Assembly (NCBI GenBank): GCA_905181955.1
Contig: CAJJAC010000007.1
Span: forward strand, 130,418 to 194,417
Length of the DNA: 64,000 nucleotides
From: SAR86 cluster bacterium SAR86B
Lineage (GTDB): Bacteria; Pseudomonadota; Gammaproteobacteria; Magnimaribacterales; D2472
Direction of reading: 5' to 3'
Position numbers and translations under genes: made by a program. This document shows, in pieces, positions 16,723-26,748 of the stretch (positions are counted from its first letter, which is position 1; the number at the start of each line of letters is the position of its first letter). Under the pieces are notes generated by a model. That model saw only the letters and a list, made by a program, of their open reading frames with translations. It did no database searches and was not told the origin of the DNA.

Positions 16723-17141
16723 TTTATCGCTTAGCGAAAAGAAAAAAGTTACAAGCCGAGATTAATGTAGTTCCATATATTGATGTAATGTTAGTTCTGT
16801 TAATTATCTTTATGGTCTTATCTCCTTTACTGATTCAAGGCATAGAGGTTAACTTACCTCAAACTGATACAACAAAAATGTCAGTCCAAAATGAGCCTTT
16901 AGTTATTTCCATAGATTCCAAAGGTAATTATTATCTAAACCTTGGTGATGAGAATCTTGCAATATCTATTGAAGAGCTAAAAAGAAAGGCAGTTATAATT
17001 TATCAAGCAAATAATGATATTGAAGTAGTTTTTCAAAGTGATGAAGCTGTAAGTTTCAATAGTGTTGCTAAAGCTATGGCTGCAATTCAGAGTGTTGGGA
17101 TTTCTAAGATTGGTATAGTGACAACTGGATATGCAGACTAG
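16719..17141 (+). CDS. tolR: Tol-Pal system protein TolR
   Basis: EINVVPYIDVMLVLLIIFMV (ExbD/TolR TM segment with conserved Asp). 140 aa. ATGA overlap with tolQ. Confidence 0.9.
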   Translation: MIYRLAKRKKLQAEINVVPYIDVMLVLLIIFMVLSPLLIQGIEVNLPQTDTTKMSVQNEPLVISIDSKGNYYLNLGDENLAISIEELKRKAVIIYQANNDIEVVFQSDEAVSFNSVAKAMAAIQSVGISKIGIVTTGYAD

Positions 17142-17763
17142 AGCTAATTACTTACAAGCGTCCTTCTTTTCATTTTTAATTCATGCGGCCCTTTTTCTAT
17201 ACTTAATAGGTTTTTTTTACTCAGAAAAACAATTAAGACCAATTTTAAGCAAACCAGTTACTGTAAACATTATTGTTGATGACTTACCAAATAAAAATAT
17301 TAAGCAATCAGAGTCTACAAAAGTTCTTAAAAAAGTAACCCAAACAAGTCCAGTCACTATAGCTAAAGATAGCGCTCTAGAAATTCCAAAAATAAGCTCT
17401 GAAGGATCAATTATTAATCTTGAAGATTTATTAAACCAAGAATTGGAAGCATTAGATTCAAATCAACTAGAGAATGAAATTAATCAATACAGCAGCCTGA
17501 TCATAAACTTAATAGAGTCTGCCTGGATTAAGCCAAAGAATATTCAGGAAAATTTAATATGCGATATAAAGATAAAAATAAACTCACGAGGAAGAATTAT
17601 AAATATAAGCTTAATCCAAAGTAGTGGTAACATTCGTTTTGATAATTCAGCTCTTCAAGCAGTCAAAAGAGTTGAGACATTCTCATTTTTTAATGAAATA
17701 AAAAAAGAAACATATGAAGATGTCTTTAAAAATATTGTTATTAGCTTTAATCCCTCAAAATGA
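17131..17763 (+). CDS. tolA: TolA, unusually short (210 aa)
   Basis: N-terminal TM segment (FFSFLIHAALFLYLIGF), a short linker, and a C-terminal TolA/TonB-like domain (AWIKPKNIQENLICDIKIKINSRGRIINISLIQSSGNIRFDNSALQAVKRV). Positioned between tolR and tolB. Confidence 0.75.
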   Translation: MQTRANYLQASFFSFLIHAALFLYLIGFFYSEKQLRPILSKPVTVNIIVDDLPNKNIKQSESTKVLKKVTQTSPVTIAKDSALEIPKISSEGSIINLEDLLNQELEALDSNQLENEINQYSSLIINLIESAWIKPKNIQENLICDIKIKINSRGRIINISLIQSSGNIRFDNSALQAVKRVETFSFFNEIKKETYEDVFKNIVISFNPSK

Positions 17764-19034
17764 AAAAATTTCTTATATTAATATTACTTCCAAATTTATT
17801 ATTTGCAGAATTGCTGCTTGAGATTACTAAAGGATCTGAAAATCCTTACAGAGTTGCAATAATTCCCTTTCAAGGAACTAATAGCTCGGTAAATATAATA
17901 GTTGAGGTATTAAAGAGTGACTTGATTAGATCTGGAGAGTTTTTTATTTTAGATGAAGAGATGCTTTTATCTATCCCAAGTAACATAGAGGAAATAAAGC
18001 CTTCTGAATGGAAATTACTGAATATTGATTTTATTGTTTTAGGTAATGTTATAGATGAAGAAAATTCTGGTTTAAAAGCAACTTATCAAATTTATGATGT
18101 TAATAAAAAAAATAAGATTAGATCTTCAACCGTCTTTGGTATACCTGGAAAGTTGCGTCAGCTTTCTCATTATATTAGTGATGGTATTTATGAGACTGTT
18201 ACCGGAATAAAGGGAGTCTCTGCTACGAAAATCCTTTATGTTAATGAAATAATCAATAGTACTGATTCAGATTATATTTTATATGTAGCAGATGCAGATG
18301 GAGCCAATGAACAAGTGCTATTAAAAAGTAGTGAGCCAATAATATCACCAGCCTGGTCTCCAGACTCAAAAAAAATAGCCTATGTTTCATTTGAAACAGG
18401 AATGGCAAAAGTTTTTATTCAAGATATCGGAACCGGAGAGCGTGAATTAGTCTTGTTAAATGATAATCAAATTAGCTCACCAGCCTGGTCTCCTGATGGA
18501 AAATTACTTTCTTTAACTTTATATCAAGATGGTAATGCGGAGATTTATATCTTAAATTTACTTAATAAGAACCTCACAAGACTCACAAAACATTACTCAA
18601 TAGATACAGAGTCTAGCTGGTCTCCAAAAGGAACTAAAATTCTCTTTACTTCTGGAAGATCTGGGGCTCCTCAATTATATGAAATAGATCTAACTAAGTT
18701 CAATATCAAGCCTATGCGACTTACCTTTGAAGGTAATTACAATGCTAAAGGTTCTTATTTACCAAATAACGAAGGTATAGTTTTTGTTCACAGATCAAGT
18801 AATCAATTTCAAATAGCTCTAAAGTATTTTAATGAGAATTTTATAAGACCATTAACTGAATCAAAAATGGATGAATCACCCAGTGTTTCTCCTAATGGTA
18901 ATGTGATAGTCTATGCAATAACTGATAATACGTCAGGAATGATTGCAGGAGTAACTTTAAGCGGTGCTACTTTTGTTCTTCCTGCTACCAGTGGAAAAGT
19001 AAGAGAGCCAGCCTGGTCTGGATTTTTAAGATAA
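17760..19034 (+). CDS. tolB: Tol-Pal system beta-propeller protein TolB
   Basis: Signal peptide followed by repeated PAWSPD(S/G)KK / SWSPKG / PSVSPNG propeller motifs. 424 aa. Confidence 0.93.
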   Translation: MKKFLILILLPNLLFAELLLEITKGSENPYRVAIIPFQGTNSSVNIIVEVLKSDLIRSGEFFILDEEMLLSIPSNIEEIKPSEWKLLNIDFIVLGNVIDEENSGLKATYQIYDVNKKNKIRSSTVFGIPGKLRQLSHYISDGIYETVTGIKGVSATKILYVNEIINSTDSDYILYVADADGANEQVLLKSSEPIISPAWSPDSKKIAYVSFETGMAKVFIQDIGTGERELVLLNDNQISSPAWSPDGKLLSLTLYQDGNAEIYILNLLNKNLTRLTKHYSIDTESSWSPKGTKILFTSGRSGAPQLYEIDLTKFNIKPMRLTFEGNYNAKGSYLPNNEGIVFVHRSSNQFQIALKYFNENFIRPLTESKMDESPSVSPNGNVIVYAITDNTSGMIAGVTLSGATFVLPATSGKVREPAWSGFLR

Positions 19035-19053
19035 TTTTTAGGAGAACTAAATA

Positions 19054-19548
19054 ATGAAAAACAATAATAAATTAATAATTGCATATTCCTTTATAGGTTT
19101 ATTTGTTGCATCTTGCAGTAGCGTTCAAGTTACCGAAGAGGCTGTCTACGAAGACTCTATTCAAAGCATAGAGGTTTCATCTAACAGATCAGAATCATCT
19201 ACTCCTATGGAGTCTAAGGCGGTTCTTGCCAATGCAACTGTATATTTTGAATTTGATAGTTTCAACCTTTCTACAAGATCTATACAGGCTTTAAAGAGCA
19301 TAACTGAATTAATGCAAGAAAACTCTGCAATTGAGATAACCATTGCTGGACATGCTGATGAAAGGGGAACCAGAGAATATAATCTTGCTCTGGGGCAAAG
19401 AAGAGCAGAAAGTGTTGCTGATTATATTGTCTTAAAAAATATCTCAAGATCCAGACTAACTATCAAAAGTTATGGAGAAGAAATGCCAATGTCTTCTAGC
19501 TCTAATGAAAGATCATGGGCAAGAAACAGAAGAGCTGAAATTAATTAA
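19054..19548 (+). CDS. pal: Peptidoglycan-associated lipoprotein Pal
   Basis: Lipobox FVASC. OmpA-like domain VYFEFDSFNLS...IAGHADERGTREYNLALGQRRAESV...SWARNRRAEI. Confidence 0.92.
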   Translation: MKNNNKLIIAYSFIGLFVASCSSVQVTEEAVYEDSIQSIEVSSNRSESSTPMESKAVLANATVYFEFDSFNLSTRSIQALKSITELMQENSAIEITIAGHADERGTREYNLALGQRRAESVADYIVLKNISRSRLTIKSYGEEMPMSSSSNERSWARNRRAEIN

Positions 19549-19554
19549 ATAAAA

Positions 19555-20220
19555 ATGCTTAAGTTAATTCTTAATCAATCAGTATTATTTAGCTTTTTAG
19601 TTTCTTTTTCCTTAGTCGCATTAGCGCAAGACTCCCAATCAACTGAATCTGATATATTATTTTTAAAGATTCAAGAGCTTGAGATGGAAATGGCTGATTT
19701 AAGAAATGAGGTAGAAGCTCAAAACTATTTACTCGAGAAGTTAATCAAAGAATCAGTAAAAAATGATGATAAACCTGCTGAAATTAAAAACATTGATTCC
19801 TCTATAGGCGATGAAGTTTACCGATTTGATGGAATCAATGATTCTAAAAGTATTAGTGAAATTTATAACGAAGCAGTTAGGTCTCTTGCAGACGAAGATT
19901 ACGATTCAGCAAAAAAATTGTTCATGTATTTGATAAATAACTTTTCTGATCCAGATAAATTACCTTTATCTTTGTTTTGGTTAGGTGAAATTGAATTCTC
20001 TTCATCAAACTTTGAAGAGAGTAAGAAGCATTATATGCAATTAATTTCTTCCTTTGAAAATCACTGGAGAGTGCCACTTGCTCATAAGAAATTAGGTGAC
20101 ATATCCTTTAAGCTAGGCAATATAAAAACGGCAAAAGAGAAGTATCAATTTGTTATTCGAGAGTTTCCTAATAATCCAGCATCATCTATGTCTTTGCAAA
20201 GTTTAGAAGATATGGAATAA
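19555..20220 (+). CDS. cpoB: Tol-Pal cell-division coordinator CpoB (YbgF)
   Basis: Signal peptide, coiled-coil segment (LKIQELEMEMADLRNEVEAQNYLLEKL) and a C-terminal TPR-like region. Located after pal. Confidence 0.8.
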   Translation: MLKLILNQSVLFSFLVSFSLVALAQDSQSTESDILFLKIQELEMEMADLRNEVEAQNYLLEKLIKESVKNDDKPAEIKNIDSSIGDEVYRFDGINDSKSISEIYNEAVRSLADEDYDSAKKLFMYLINNFSDPDKLPLSLFWLGEIEFSSSNFEESKKHYMQLISSFENHWRVPLAHKKLGDISFKLGNIKTAKEKYQFVIREFPNNPASSMSLQSLEDME

Positions 20221-20249
20221 TCACCACTTTTTATGACATGCTAAATCAA

Positions 20250-20325
20250 GGGTCGCTAGCTCAGTTGGTAGAGCAGTTGACTTTTAATCAATTGGTCACA
20301 GGTTCGAATCCTGTGCGACCCACCA
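20250..20325 (+). tRNA. tRNA-Lys (anticodon UUU)
   Basis: GGGTCGCTAGCTCAGTTGGTAGAGCAGTTGACTTTTAATCAATTGGTCACAGGTTCGAATCCTGTGCGACCCACCA. Near-identical to E. coli tRNA-Lys. Anticodon loop is CT-TTT-AA and the CCA end is encoded. Confidence 0.96.
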
Positions 20326-20382
20326 TTTACATCATAAAATTTACTAATAACTTTTCAATTTATAAGCATTTAGAGGCTTGAG

Positions 20383-21627
20383 ATGAAAAATATTCTTAAC
20401 AAACTTCTACTTCCTTTTACAAAAGAATCATCACTTGCAGGTGTTTTTTTCTTTTTTGTATTATCTTCTTGGTATGTTTTAAGGCCAGTAAGAAATGAAA
20501 TGGCTGTATCAAATGTAGAAAATTTACCCTTATTACTTGCTGTTGGTGCTTTAGCCATGTTGCTTGTTAACCCTATCTATTCGAGACTGGCCTCAAAAAC
20601 TAATTTAAGAAAATTATTAATTTCTTGCTACTTGTTTTTTATTGTAAATCTATTAGGGTTCTTATTTTCCTGGAAGGTATTAGATTTAGAGGGAGTTATA
20701 TGGCTTGGAAGAGCTTTTTATATTTGGTGCAATATCTATTCCTTTTTTGTTGTGTCTATATTTTGGGTGGTAATTATTAATGTTTTTAGATCATCAAAGA
20801 CTAGAAATTTTTATGGAGTAATAATGGCAGGGGGCTCAATTGGAGCTTTAGTGGGATCTGAGATTTCAAAAAGATTTGCCAGCTCATTTACCGAAAGCGG
20901 TTTAGAATTTTTTAGTATTTCAGCAATTATTTTATTGTTTGCAGCTTTATGTGTTGGCTTGATGTTAATAAATTACACCAATTCTAAAAATAATCATGAA
21001 TCAAATCAGCCCCTTGGTGGTGCAAGTTTCGATGGCATTAAAAACGCTTTAACTAAAAAAGATATTCGTTCAATTGCTATATATGTATGGTTATTTACTG
21101 GATTAATGACTATCCATTGGATGACAGCAATATCAATTATTGACGCATGGTCAAGTGATTCTGTAGAACGGATAGCTTTATTTGGGCAAATGGAGCAATT
21201 GGTAACAATCTTAACTTTACCTACTCAATTGTTACTTACTTCAATTATTATTAATTTCTTAGGAGTTAAACGCATTCTATTTTTATATGGAGTAGTTTTT
21301 TTAATTGTTTTCTCTGCATATGCCATCTCGCCAACAATATCTATTGTAATATTTGCAACCGTATTTCTTAGATTATTTGAGTACGCTATAAATAAACCTA
21401 CAAGAGAAATAGTATTTAGCCATTTAAAAGAGAATGATCGATATAAATCTTCAGTCTTTATAGATACTTTTTGTTCAAGATTAGGCGATCTATCTGGTAG
21501 TTTGTTTATAACATTTGGTAGTTTTATCGGGGTAGGTTTTTCTCTAATACCATTACTTGCTTTACCTATAACTGGTTTATTCTCTTATTTTGGTATCAAG
21601 ATAGCCAAAGAAACAAAAATTTATTGA
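20383..21627 (+). CDS. MFS-type transporter, distantly TLC (ATP:ADP antiporter)-like; substrate unknown
   Basis: 414-aa polytopic ORF with about 11-12 hydrophobic segments. The N-terminal FFFFVLSSWYVLRPVRNEMAV resembles the Y-x-LR-x-x-(K/R)(D/E) start of TLC/Npt-like MFS proteins. GAGG SD upstream. Confidence 0.6.
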   Translation: MKNILNKLLLPFTKESSLAGVFFFFVLSSWYVLRPVRNEMAVSNVENLPLLLAVGALAMLLVNPIYSRLASKTNLRKLLISCYLFFIVNLLGFLFSWKVLDLEGVIWLGRAFYIWCNIYSFFVVSIFWVVIINVFRSSKTRNFYGVIMAGGSIGALVGSEISKRFASSFTESGLEFFSISAIILLFAALCVGLMLINYTNSKNNHESNQPLGGASFDGIKNALTKKDIRSIAIYVWLFTGLMTIHWMTAISIIDAWSSDSVERIALFGQMEQLVTILTLPTQLLLTSIIINFLGVKRILFLYGVVFLIVFSAYAISPTISIVIFATVFLRLFEYAINKPTREIVFSHLKENDRYKSSVFIDTFCSRLGDLSGSLFITFGSFIGVGFSLIPLLALPITGLFSYFGIKIAKETKIY

Positions 21628-23060
21628 CCACGAAGTTCTTTAATAGATTTTCTGGTCGTATTAATTTTTGTAATTATAGATTCAGATACTTCAAAATTAC
21701 TTTCAGTTAATTTAAGTGCAAATTGAAGTTGATTTAGAGCATCTTCATACTGACCAAGCAATAAATAGTATTCAGCTCTACTCTGATGGTAGCCAATAAC
21801 ATTCTTGCTATCTCTTTGGATCTCAGACAGATAAAGCCAAAGATATGGATCTGTATTCCTCCTTAAAAGTTGATCTCTAATTAACTCTTCAGCAGCAAAA
21901 AGTTTTTTGTCATAAGCTAGAATTTTTGCCTTTAGGATTGTTAGTGGGTAATTTTTTGGAGAGATATTTAAAAAAATATTTACTATATTTAGAGCCTCTT
22001 TTGACTTACCTGCATTTAGTAATATTTCTGCTTTAGTATTATTAAGAATTAAATTTTTGGGATTTTCGTCTATCAGTTTATCAATCTCTTTGAGACTATT
22101 TGTATGCTGGCCACTCATCATATAAGCAATTGAAAGAGCATATCTATTTTCATTCGAGAAGCTTTCTTCTATCAACCCCTTCATTTTTCTTACAGAATTT
22201 AATGGTATATCTTCATACCTCATTTGTAGCCTTCCTCTAATTAATTGGAAATTTAATGAATCTTTATTTTCGTATGGTGTTTCAACTTGATCAGCTGCAT
22301 TAAAAGCATCCGCAACTCTAGAAGAAGATACCGGGTGAGTTAAAAGGAATTCAGGAACATTATCACCAGCAAGTCTCCTTAACTTTGCCATTTGTTCAAA
22401 CATTTCTCCCATGCTGTTAGGAGCATACTTTGCATTAATGAGATTATTAAACCCAACTCTATCAGCCTCTCTTTCAAATAAGCGACTATACCGCAAGCTT
22501 TGCTGCTGAAGAAAAGCAGGTCCAGCCATAAATGCAGTAGGGTTATTAGTCGCTATAGCAGCAGCCATAGCAGAAACCATAACAAGCATTGAAGCAAAGT
22601 TATTATCTCTGGAGTTAAGTATATTTCTTGCAAAATGTCTTTGACTTAAGTGGGCAAGCTCATGGGTAAGCACTGAAGCAAATTGTCCTTCATTCTTAGC
22701 ATTTAAAAAAAGACCTCCATTAATACCAATTACACCACCTGGTGCAGCAAATGCATTTAGAGACTTATCATCGATTAATAAAATATTAAAATTTCTATCT
22801 TTAACTTGGCTATATTCAGAAAGTCTATAAATCAATAATTCAGAATACTCTTGAATTAATGGATCAGAAATTAACGGAGCTTGGCTATAAACTTGTTTTA
22901 AAAATTCATTGCCTATAATTTTTTCCTGGTCAGTTGAAACAACCCCTGAAACTCTATCCCCTAGTTCAGGTAATGATAAATTTAATTCAGGCTGCGCATA
23001 AATATTCAAAATAATTGAAACAGATAATATAAAAAATAGTTTTTCCATTTTCATTTTCAT
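21621..23060 (-). CDS. bepA: Periplasmic M48 metalloprotease with TPR domain (BepA/YfgC-like)
   Basis: Signal peptide. Zinc motif LTHELAHLSQRH with downstream EREADRVG. C-terminal TPR-like repeats. 479 aa. Confidence 0.8.
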   Translation of the reverse strand: MKMKMEKLFFILSVSIILNIYAQPELNLSLPELGDRVSGVVSTDQEKIIGNEFLKQVYSQAPLISDPLIQEYSELLIYRLSEYSQVKDRNFNILLIDDKSLNAFAAPGGVIGINGGLFLNAKNEGQFASVLTHELAHLSQRHFARNILNSRDNNFASMLVMVSAMAAAIATNNPTAFMAGPAFLQQQSLRYSRLFEREADRVGFNNLINAKYAPNSMGEMFEQMAKLRRLAGDNVPEFLLTHPVSSSRVADAFNAADQVETPYENKDSLNFQLIRGRLQMRYEDIPLNSVRKMKGLIEESFSNENRYALSIAYMMSGQHTNSLKEIDKLIDENPKNLILNNTKAEILLNAGKSKEALNIVNIFLNISPKNYPLTILKAKILAYDKKLFAAEELIRDQLLRRNTDPYLWLYLSEIQRDSKNVIGYHQSRAEYYLLLGQYEDALNQLQFALKLTESNFEVSESIITKINTTRKSIKELRGQ

Positions 23061-23214
23061 TAAATTTTAAAAAATTTGCATTCCCAATAAAACTAACACA
23101 TATAGAGGTTATTAGATTAATATAATTAAATAAATAGGCTTAAATTATATATAATTATTGTTTGACAGTGATAAGTTTAAATAGTTTTCATGTTTATTGA
23201 ATTTAAAAGGAATA

Positions 23215-24336
23215 ATGTCTTTTATGAGTGATCTATTAATAAGTAATGCGCTTTCGTTTATAGCCTTGGGTTTATTCGCGAGTATGGGATACTTTTTCTT
23301 TACTCAATCAGTTAAGAAAGTCTTTGTAAATGAAGAAACAATAGTCTTTTCTTTAATTCTTGTAGTTGCACTTGTTGCGCTTTCACTTTTTGGTAGTGTT
23401 TTATCTCCATTTTTAGTCAGCATTATTGTTGCATACCTTTTAGTCGGTTTTCAGGCTAGGTTAGAGGGTTATGGGTTAAAAACATCTTCTGCATTAATTT
23501 TAACTTATTTATTTTTCTTAGTTATAACGACTACTCTATTGGTATACCTGATACCTCTAATTTATCAGCAGCTTCAAGCTCTTGTTTTAGAATCACCAAG
23601 GTTAATTAATGAACTTATTGGTTTCATTCAAGCAGTCCCTAGCAATTACCCTGATCTTATTTCTTCAGATCAAATCACTTCTTTTTTTGAAGGAATATCT
23701 GCTGAAGTAACAGGATTTACACAAAATCTAGTTAAATCTTCAATTACAGGCATCACTGGAACTATTACATTTGCCATGTACCTTATTCTATTTCCTGTGC
23801 TTGTATATTTCTTTCTCTTTGATAGAAAAAATATAATAAATAGCTTCATGGAGATCATTCCTGGTGAAAGAAAAATGCTTTCAAATGTTTGGTCTGAAAT
23901 GGACAATCAATTAAGTAACTATGTAAGAGGAAAAACAATTGAAATTTTAATAGTTGCAATTACGTCAGCAATTATTTTTGCATCACTAGGTTTAAATTAC
24001 ACAGCCCTTCTTTCTGTATTGGTAGGTATGTCAGTATTGATACCATATGTTGGAGCTTTTCTTGTCACTATTCCAGTTCTTGTTGTTGGCTTAATTCAAT
24101 TCGGACTATCTGCCGATTTTTATATATTGACTGGATTATATTTATTATTACAGGCGCTTGATGGAAATTTACTAGTTCCTTTAATATTTTCTGATGCAGT
24201 TAAATTACACCCAGTAATAATAATATTAGCAGTGTTTATTTTTGGAAGCATGTTTGGTTTTTGGGGTGTATTTTTAGCAATACCAATAGCCACTTTTATT
24301 AAAGCTATTTGGAATGCATGGCCATCACAGGCTTAA
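23215..24336 (+). CDS. AI-2E family transporter (PerM/UPF0118)
   Basis: Polytopic membrane ORF. C-terminal LLVPLIFSDAVKLHPVIIILAVFIFGSMFGFWGVFLAIPIA matches the AI-2E signature region. The start is uncertain (TTG 23197, ATG 23215 or ATG 23224). Confidence 0.78.
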   Translation: MSFMSDLLISNALSFIALGLFASMGYFFFTQSVKKVFVNEETIVFSLILVVALVALSLFGSVLSPFLVSIIVAYLLVGFQARLEGYGLKTSSALILTYLFFLVITTTLLVYLIPLIYQQLQALVLESPRLINELIGFIQAVPSNYPDLISSDQITSFFEGISAEVTGFTQNLVKSSITGITGTITFAMYLILFPVLVYFFLFDRKNIINSFMEIIPGERKMLSNVWSEMDNQLSNYVRGKTIEILIVAITSAIIFASLGLNYTALLSVLVGMSVLIPYVGAFLVTIPVLVVGLIQFGLSADFYILTGLYLLLQALDGNLLVPLIFSDAVKLHPVIIILAVFIFGSMFGFWGVFLAIPIATFIKAIWNAWPSQA

Positions 24337-24342
24337 ATTTTT

Positions 24343-24810
24343 TTAAAGAAATTTAATTACTTCTAAAACTTCTGCAACGTGACCTTTTACCTTTACTGAT
24401 CGCCATTCATTAACAACTTTGCCATCTGCATTTATAATAAAAGTGCTTCTATCAACTCCAATATACTCTCTTCCATACATTGATTTAAGTTTCATCACAT
24501 CAAAGGCTTTGCAGACCTTCTCATCAGGATCAGACAATAATTCAAATGGAAAGCTCTGCTTAGCTTTAAAATTTTCATGAGATTTAACAGTGTCTCTTGA
24601 AACTCCTAAAATTTCTGTATTAGATGATTTAAATTCTTTATATGAATCTCTAAATTCTTGACCTTCTGTTGTGCAACCCGGGGTACTATCTTTTGGATAA
24701 AAGTAAATTACTAAATTCTTACCTAAAAAATCTTCTGATTGAAGAGTTTTGCAACTTGTGGATTCAGCTTTAAATTTCGGACATTTTTTACCTAATATTT
24801 TTTTTGTCAT
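24343..24810 (-). CDS. bcp: Thioredoxin-dependent peroxiredoxin Bcp
   Basis: YFYPKDSTPGCTTEGQEF active-site motif in a 155-aa ORF. Confidence 0.9.
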   Translation of the reverse strand: MTKKILGKKCPKFKAESTSCKTLQSEDFLGKNLVIYFYPKDSTPGCTTEGQEFRDSYKEFKSSNTEILGVSRDTVKSHENFKAKQSFPFELLSDPDEKVCKAFDVMKLKSMYGREYIGVDRSTFIINADGKVVNEWRSVKVKGHVAEVLEVIKFL

Positions 24811-24874
24811 TTTTTTTCCTTAATTGTTAGTATGTAATGATGTATAGTCCTATTTTTTACTGAAATAAATATTC

Positions 24875-25771
24875 ATGCAAGCACTTAAAGGAAGTTTAGT
24901 AGCATTAGTAACTCCGTTAGCTGCAAATGGCAGTGTAGATTATGCTGCTTTAAAAGATTTGGTTGGTTGGCACATTGAAGAGGGCACAGATGGTATTGTT
25001 TCAGTGGGAACTACTGGCGAAGCTCCAACATTAAGTCCAAAAGAGCATGCTGGAGTAATAACCAAAACAATTGAATACGTTAATGGAGCAATTCCAGTTA
25101 TAGCTGGAACTGGGGGAAATTCTACCCATGAATCTATTGCTTTAACCAAAGAGGCTGCAGATGCTGGAGCAGATTTCTGTCTTTTAGTTACTCCTTATTA
25201 CAATAAGCCAAATCAGGAAGGGTTATTAAATCATTTTATTGCAATAGCTGACTCTGTCGATATACCTCAAATTTTATATAATGTTCCGTCAAGAACTGCA
25301 TGCGATATTTTGCCCAGTACAGTTAAAACTTTAGCTAAACATCAAAATATTGTAGGCATTAAAGAAGCATTAGACGATATGAATAGAATTAAGCAATTAG
25401 TTGAAATATCGAAAGAGATGCAAAGTACTAAAGATTTTTATATCTACTCTGGTGATGATCCTACCTTTTTAGAATCTATGAAGCTCGGTACTCATGGTGT
25501 GGTATCTGTTGCCGCAAATGCAATACCAAATCAAGTATCTCAGATATGCCAACTTGCTTTAAATAATAATTTTATTAAGGCTGATAGCCTTAATAAAATT
25601 TATAGTAATTTTTATAATCTATGCTTTGTCGAGTCAAACCCAATGCCAATAAAGTGGATTATGTATAAACTTAATAAAATTGAAAATAATATAAGACTTC
25701 CATTAATCAATCTTAATGAAACTTTTCATCAACAGATCCTGTCAGAAATGGTAAAATTAAAATTATTATGA
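24875..25771 (+). CDS. dapA: 4-hydroxy-tetrahydrodipicolinate synthase
   Basis: GSLVALVTPL..., GIVSVGTTGEAPTLS and YNVPSRT motifs. 298 aa. Confidence 0.95.
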   Translation: MQALKGSLVALVTPLAANGSVDYAALKDLVGWHIEEGTDGIVSVGTTGEAPTLSPKEHAGVITKTIEYVNGAIPVIAGTGGNSTHESIALTKEAADAGADFCLLVTPYYNKPNQEGLLNHFIAIADSVDIPQILYNVPSRTACDILPSTVKTLAKHQNIVGIKEALDDMNRIKQLVEISKEMQSTKDFYIYSGDDPTFLESMKLGTHGVVSVAANAIPNQVSQICQLALNNNFIKADSLNKIYSNFYNLCFVESNPMPIKWIMYKLNKIENNIRLPLINLNETFHQQILSEMVKLKLL

Positions 25772-26748
25772 AAAACACATCTCAACTATTATTAGCAATC
25801 TTTTTTATTCATTCATGTTCTTACTTAACAGGCCCTGAAGGAATGTTTCCAGAAACAAAATATGATTTTTTAGAAGAAGAGCTTGCACCTAACTTAAATA
25901 TTCCTGAGTCGCTCAACGATATTAGCAAAGACAATCATTATCCAATAGATGAAATACTCTCAGGAGTTACCTCTAAAGATGTTCCTAAGCCTAGACAGGT
26001 ATTTTCTTCTGGAGGAGCTTCAGAAGTTCAGTTAAGAAGATTAGGAGAATTAATGTGGATCTATGTTGAGACTCTTCCATCTACAGCTTGGCCAATCTCA
26101 AAAAATTATTGGGAAGCATCTACTTACGAGATCCTCTCAGCAGACGCAGAAGCTGGTGTTATAAGAGTTGCTTTTGATCAAGATTCTATTTTAGAGATGA
26201 TTGTTGAGCATGGAATTAAAGAAGCATCAACTGAGATTTTCTTAAAGCAATTAAACAAAGATAATGAAAATATTACCGAGGTTGAGTCAATAAAGCCAGA
26301 GCTTCAAATGATTGTTGATTACTTAGCAGCATCAGTTGAAAATTTTTCAGGTACATCACTTGCAGCACAAAGTCTGAACGAAAATAAAAAAGCAAGAATA
26401 TTTACCCAAGATAATCAAACTGTAATTGAGCTTGATTTATCATATCAAAGAGCCTGGTCTTCAGTCAGTAGAGCCTTAACAGCTGGCAAAATTGTTACAA
26501 ATGACAGAAATAGAGATGAAGGAATTTTCTACGTTAGTTACGCTAGCGAAACTAATCCTGGATTCTTTTCTTTTTTATCTTTTGGTAAAGAGGAAAATGA
26601 AGAAGGTCTTATTCTTGGTGAAGAAGCTGCATTTGAAATTCAGGTCAAATCAAGTGGAGTAAAAACTATTATTACTGCTAAAGCCTTAAACGGTAGCATC
26701 GAAGATGCTGAAACATTACTTTCTAAAATAAATGAATCATTAAGCTAA
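25768..26748 (+). CDS. bamC: Outer-membrane assembly lipoprotein BamC (NlpB)-like
   Basis: Lipobox FIHSC. 326 aa. ATGA-coupled to dapA, as dapA-bamC is in E. coli. The call rests mainly on position and lipoprotein character. Confidence 0.62.
   Translation: MKNTSQLLLAIFFIHSCSYLTGPEGMFPETKYDFLEEELAPNLNIPESLNDISKDNHYPIDEILSGVTSKDVPKPRQVFSSGGASEVQLRRLGELMWIYVETLPSTAWPISKNYWEASTYEILSADAEAGVIRVAFDQDSILEMIVEHGIKEASTEIFLKQLNKDNENITEVESIKPELQMIVDYLAASVENFSGTSLAAQSLNENKKARIFTQDNQTVIELDLSYQRAWSSVSRALTAGKIVTNDRNRDEGIFYVSYASETNPGFFSFLSFGKEENEEGLILGEEAAFEIQVKSSGVKTIITAKALNGSIEDAETLLSKINESLS

Noticed and set aside
20326-23196. A genomic island integrated at tRNA-Lys.
   Set aside because: There is no integrase and no direct repeat of the tRNA 3' end downstream. 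The following genes (MFS, BepA-like protease, AI-2E transporter) look like ordinary chromosomal genes with the same compaction style.
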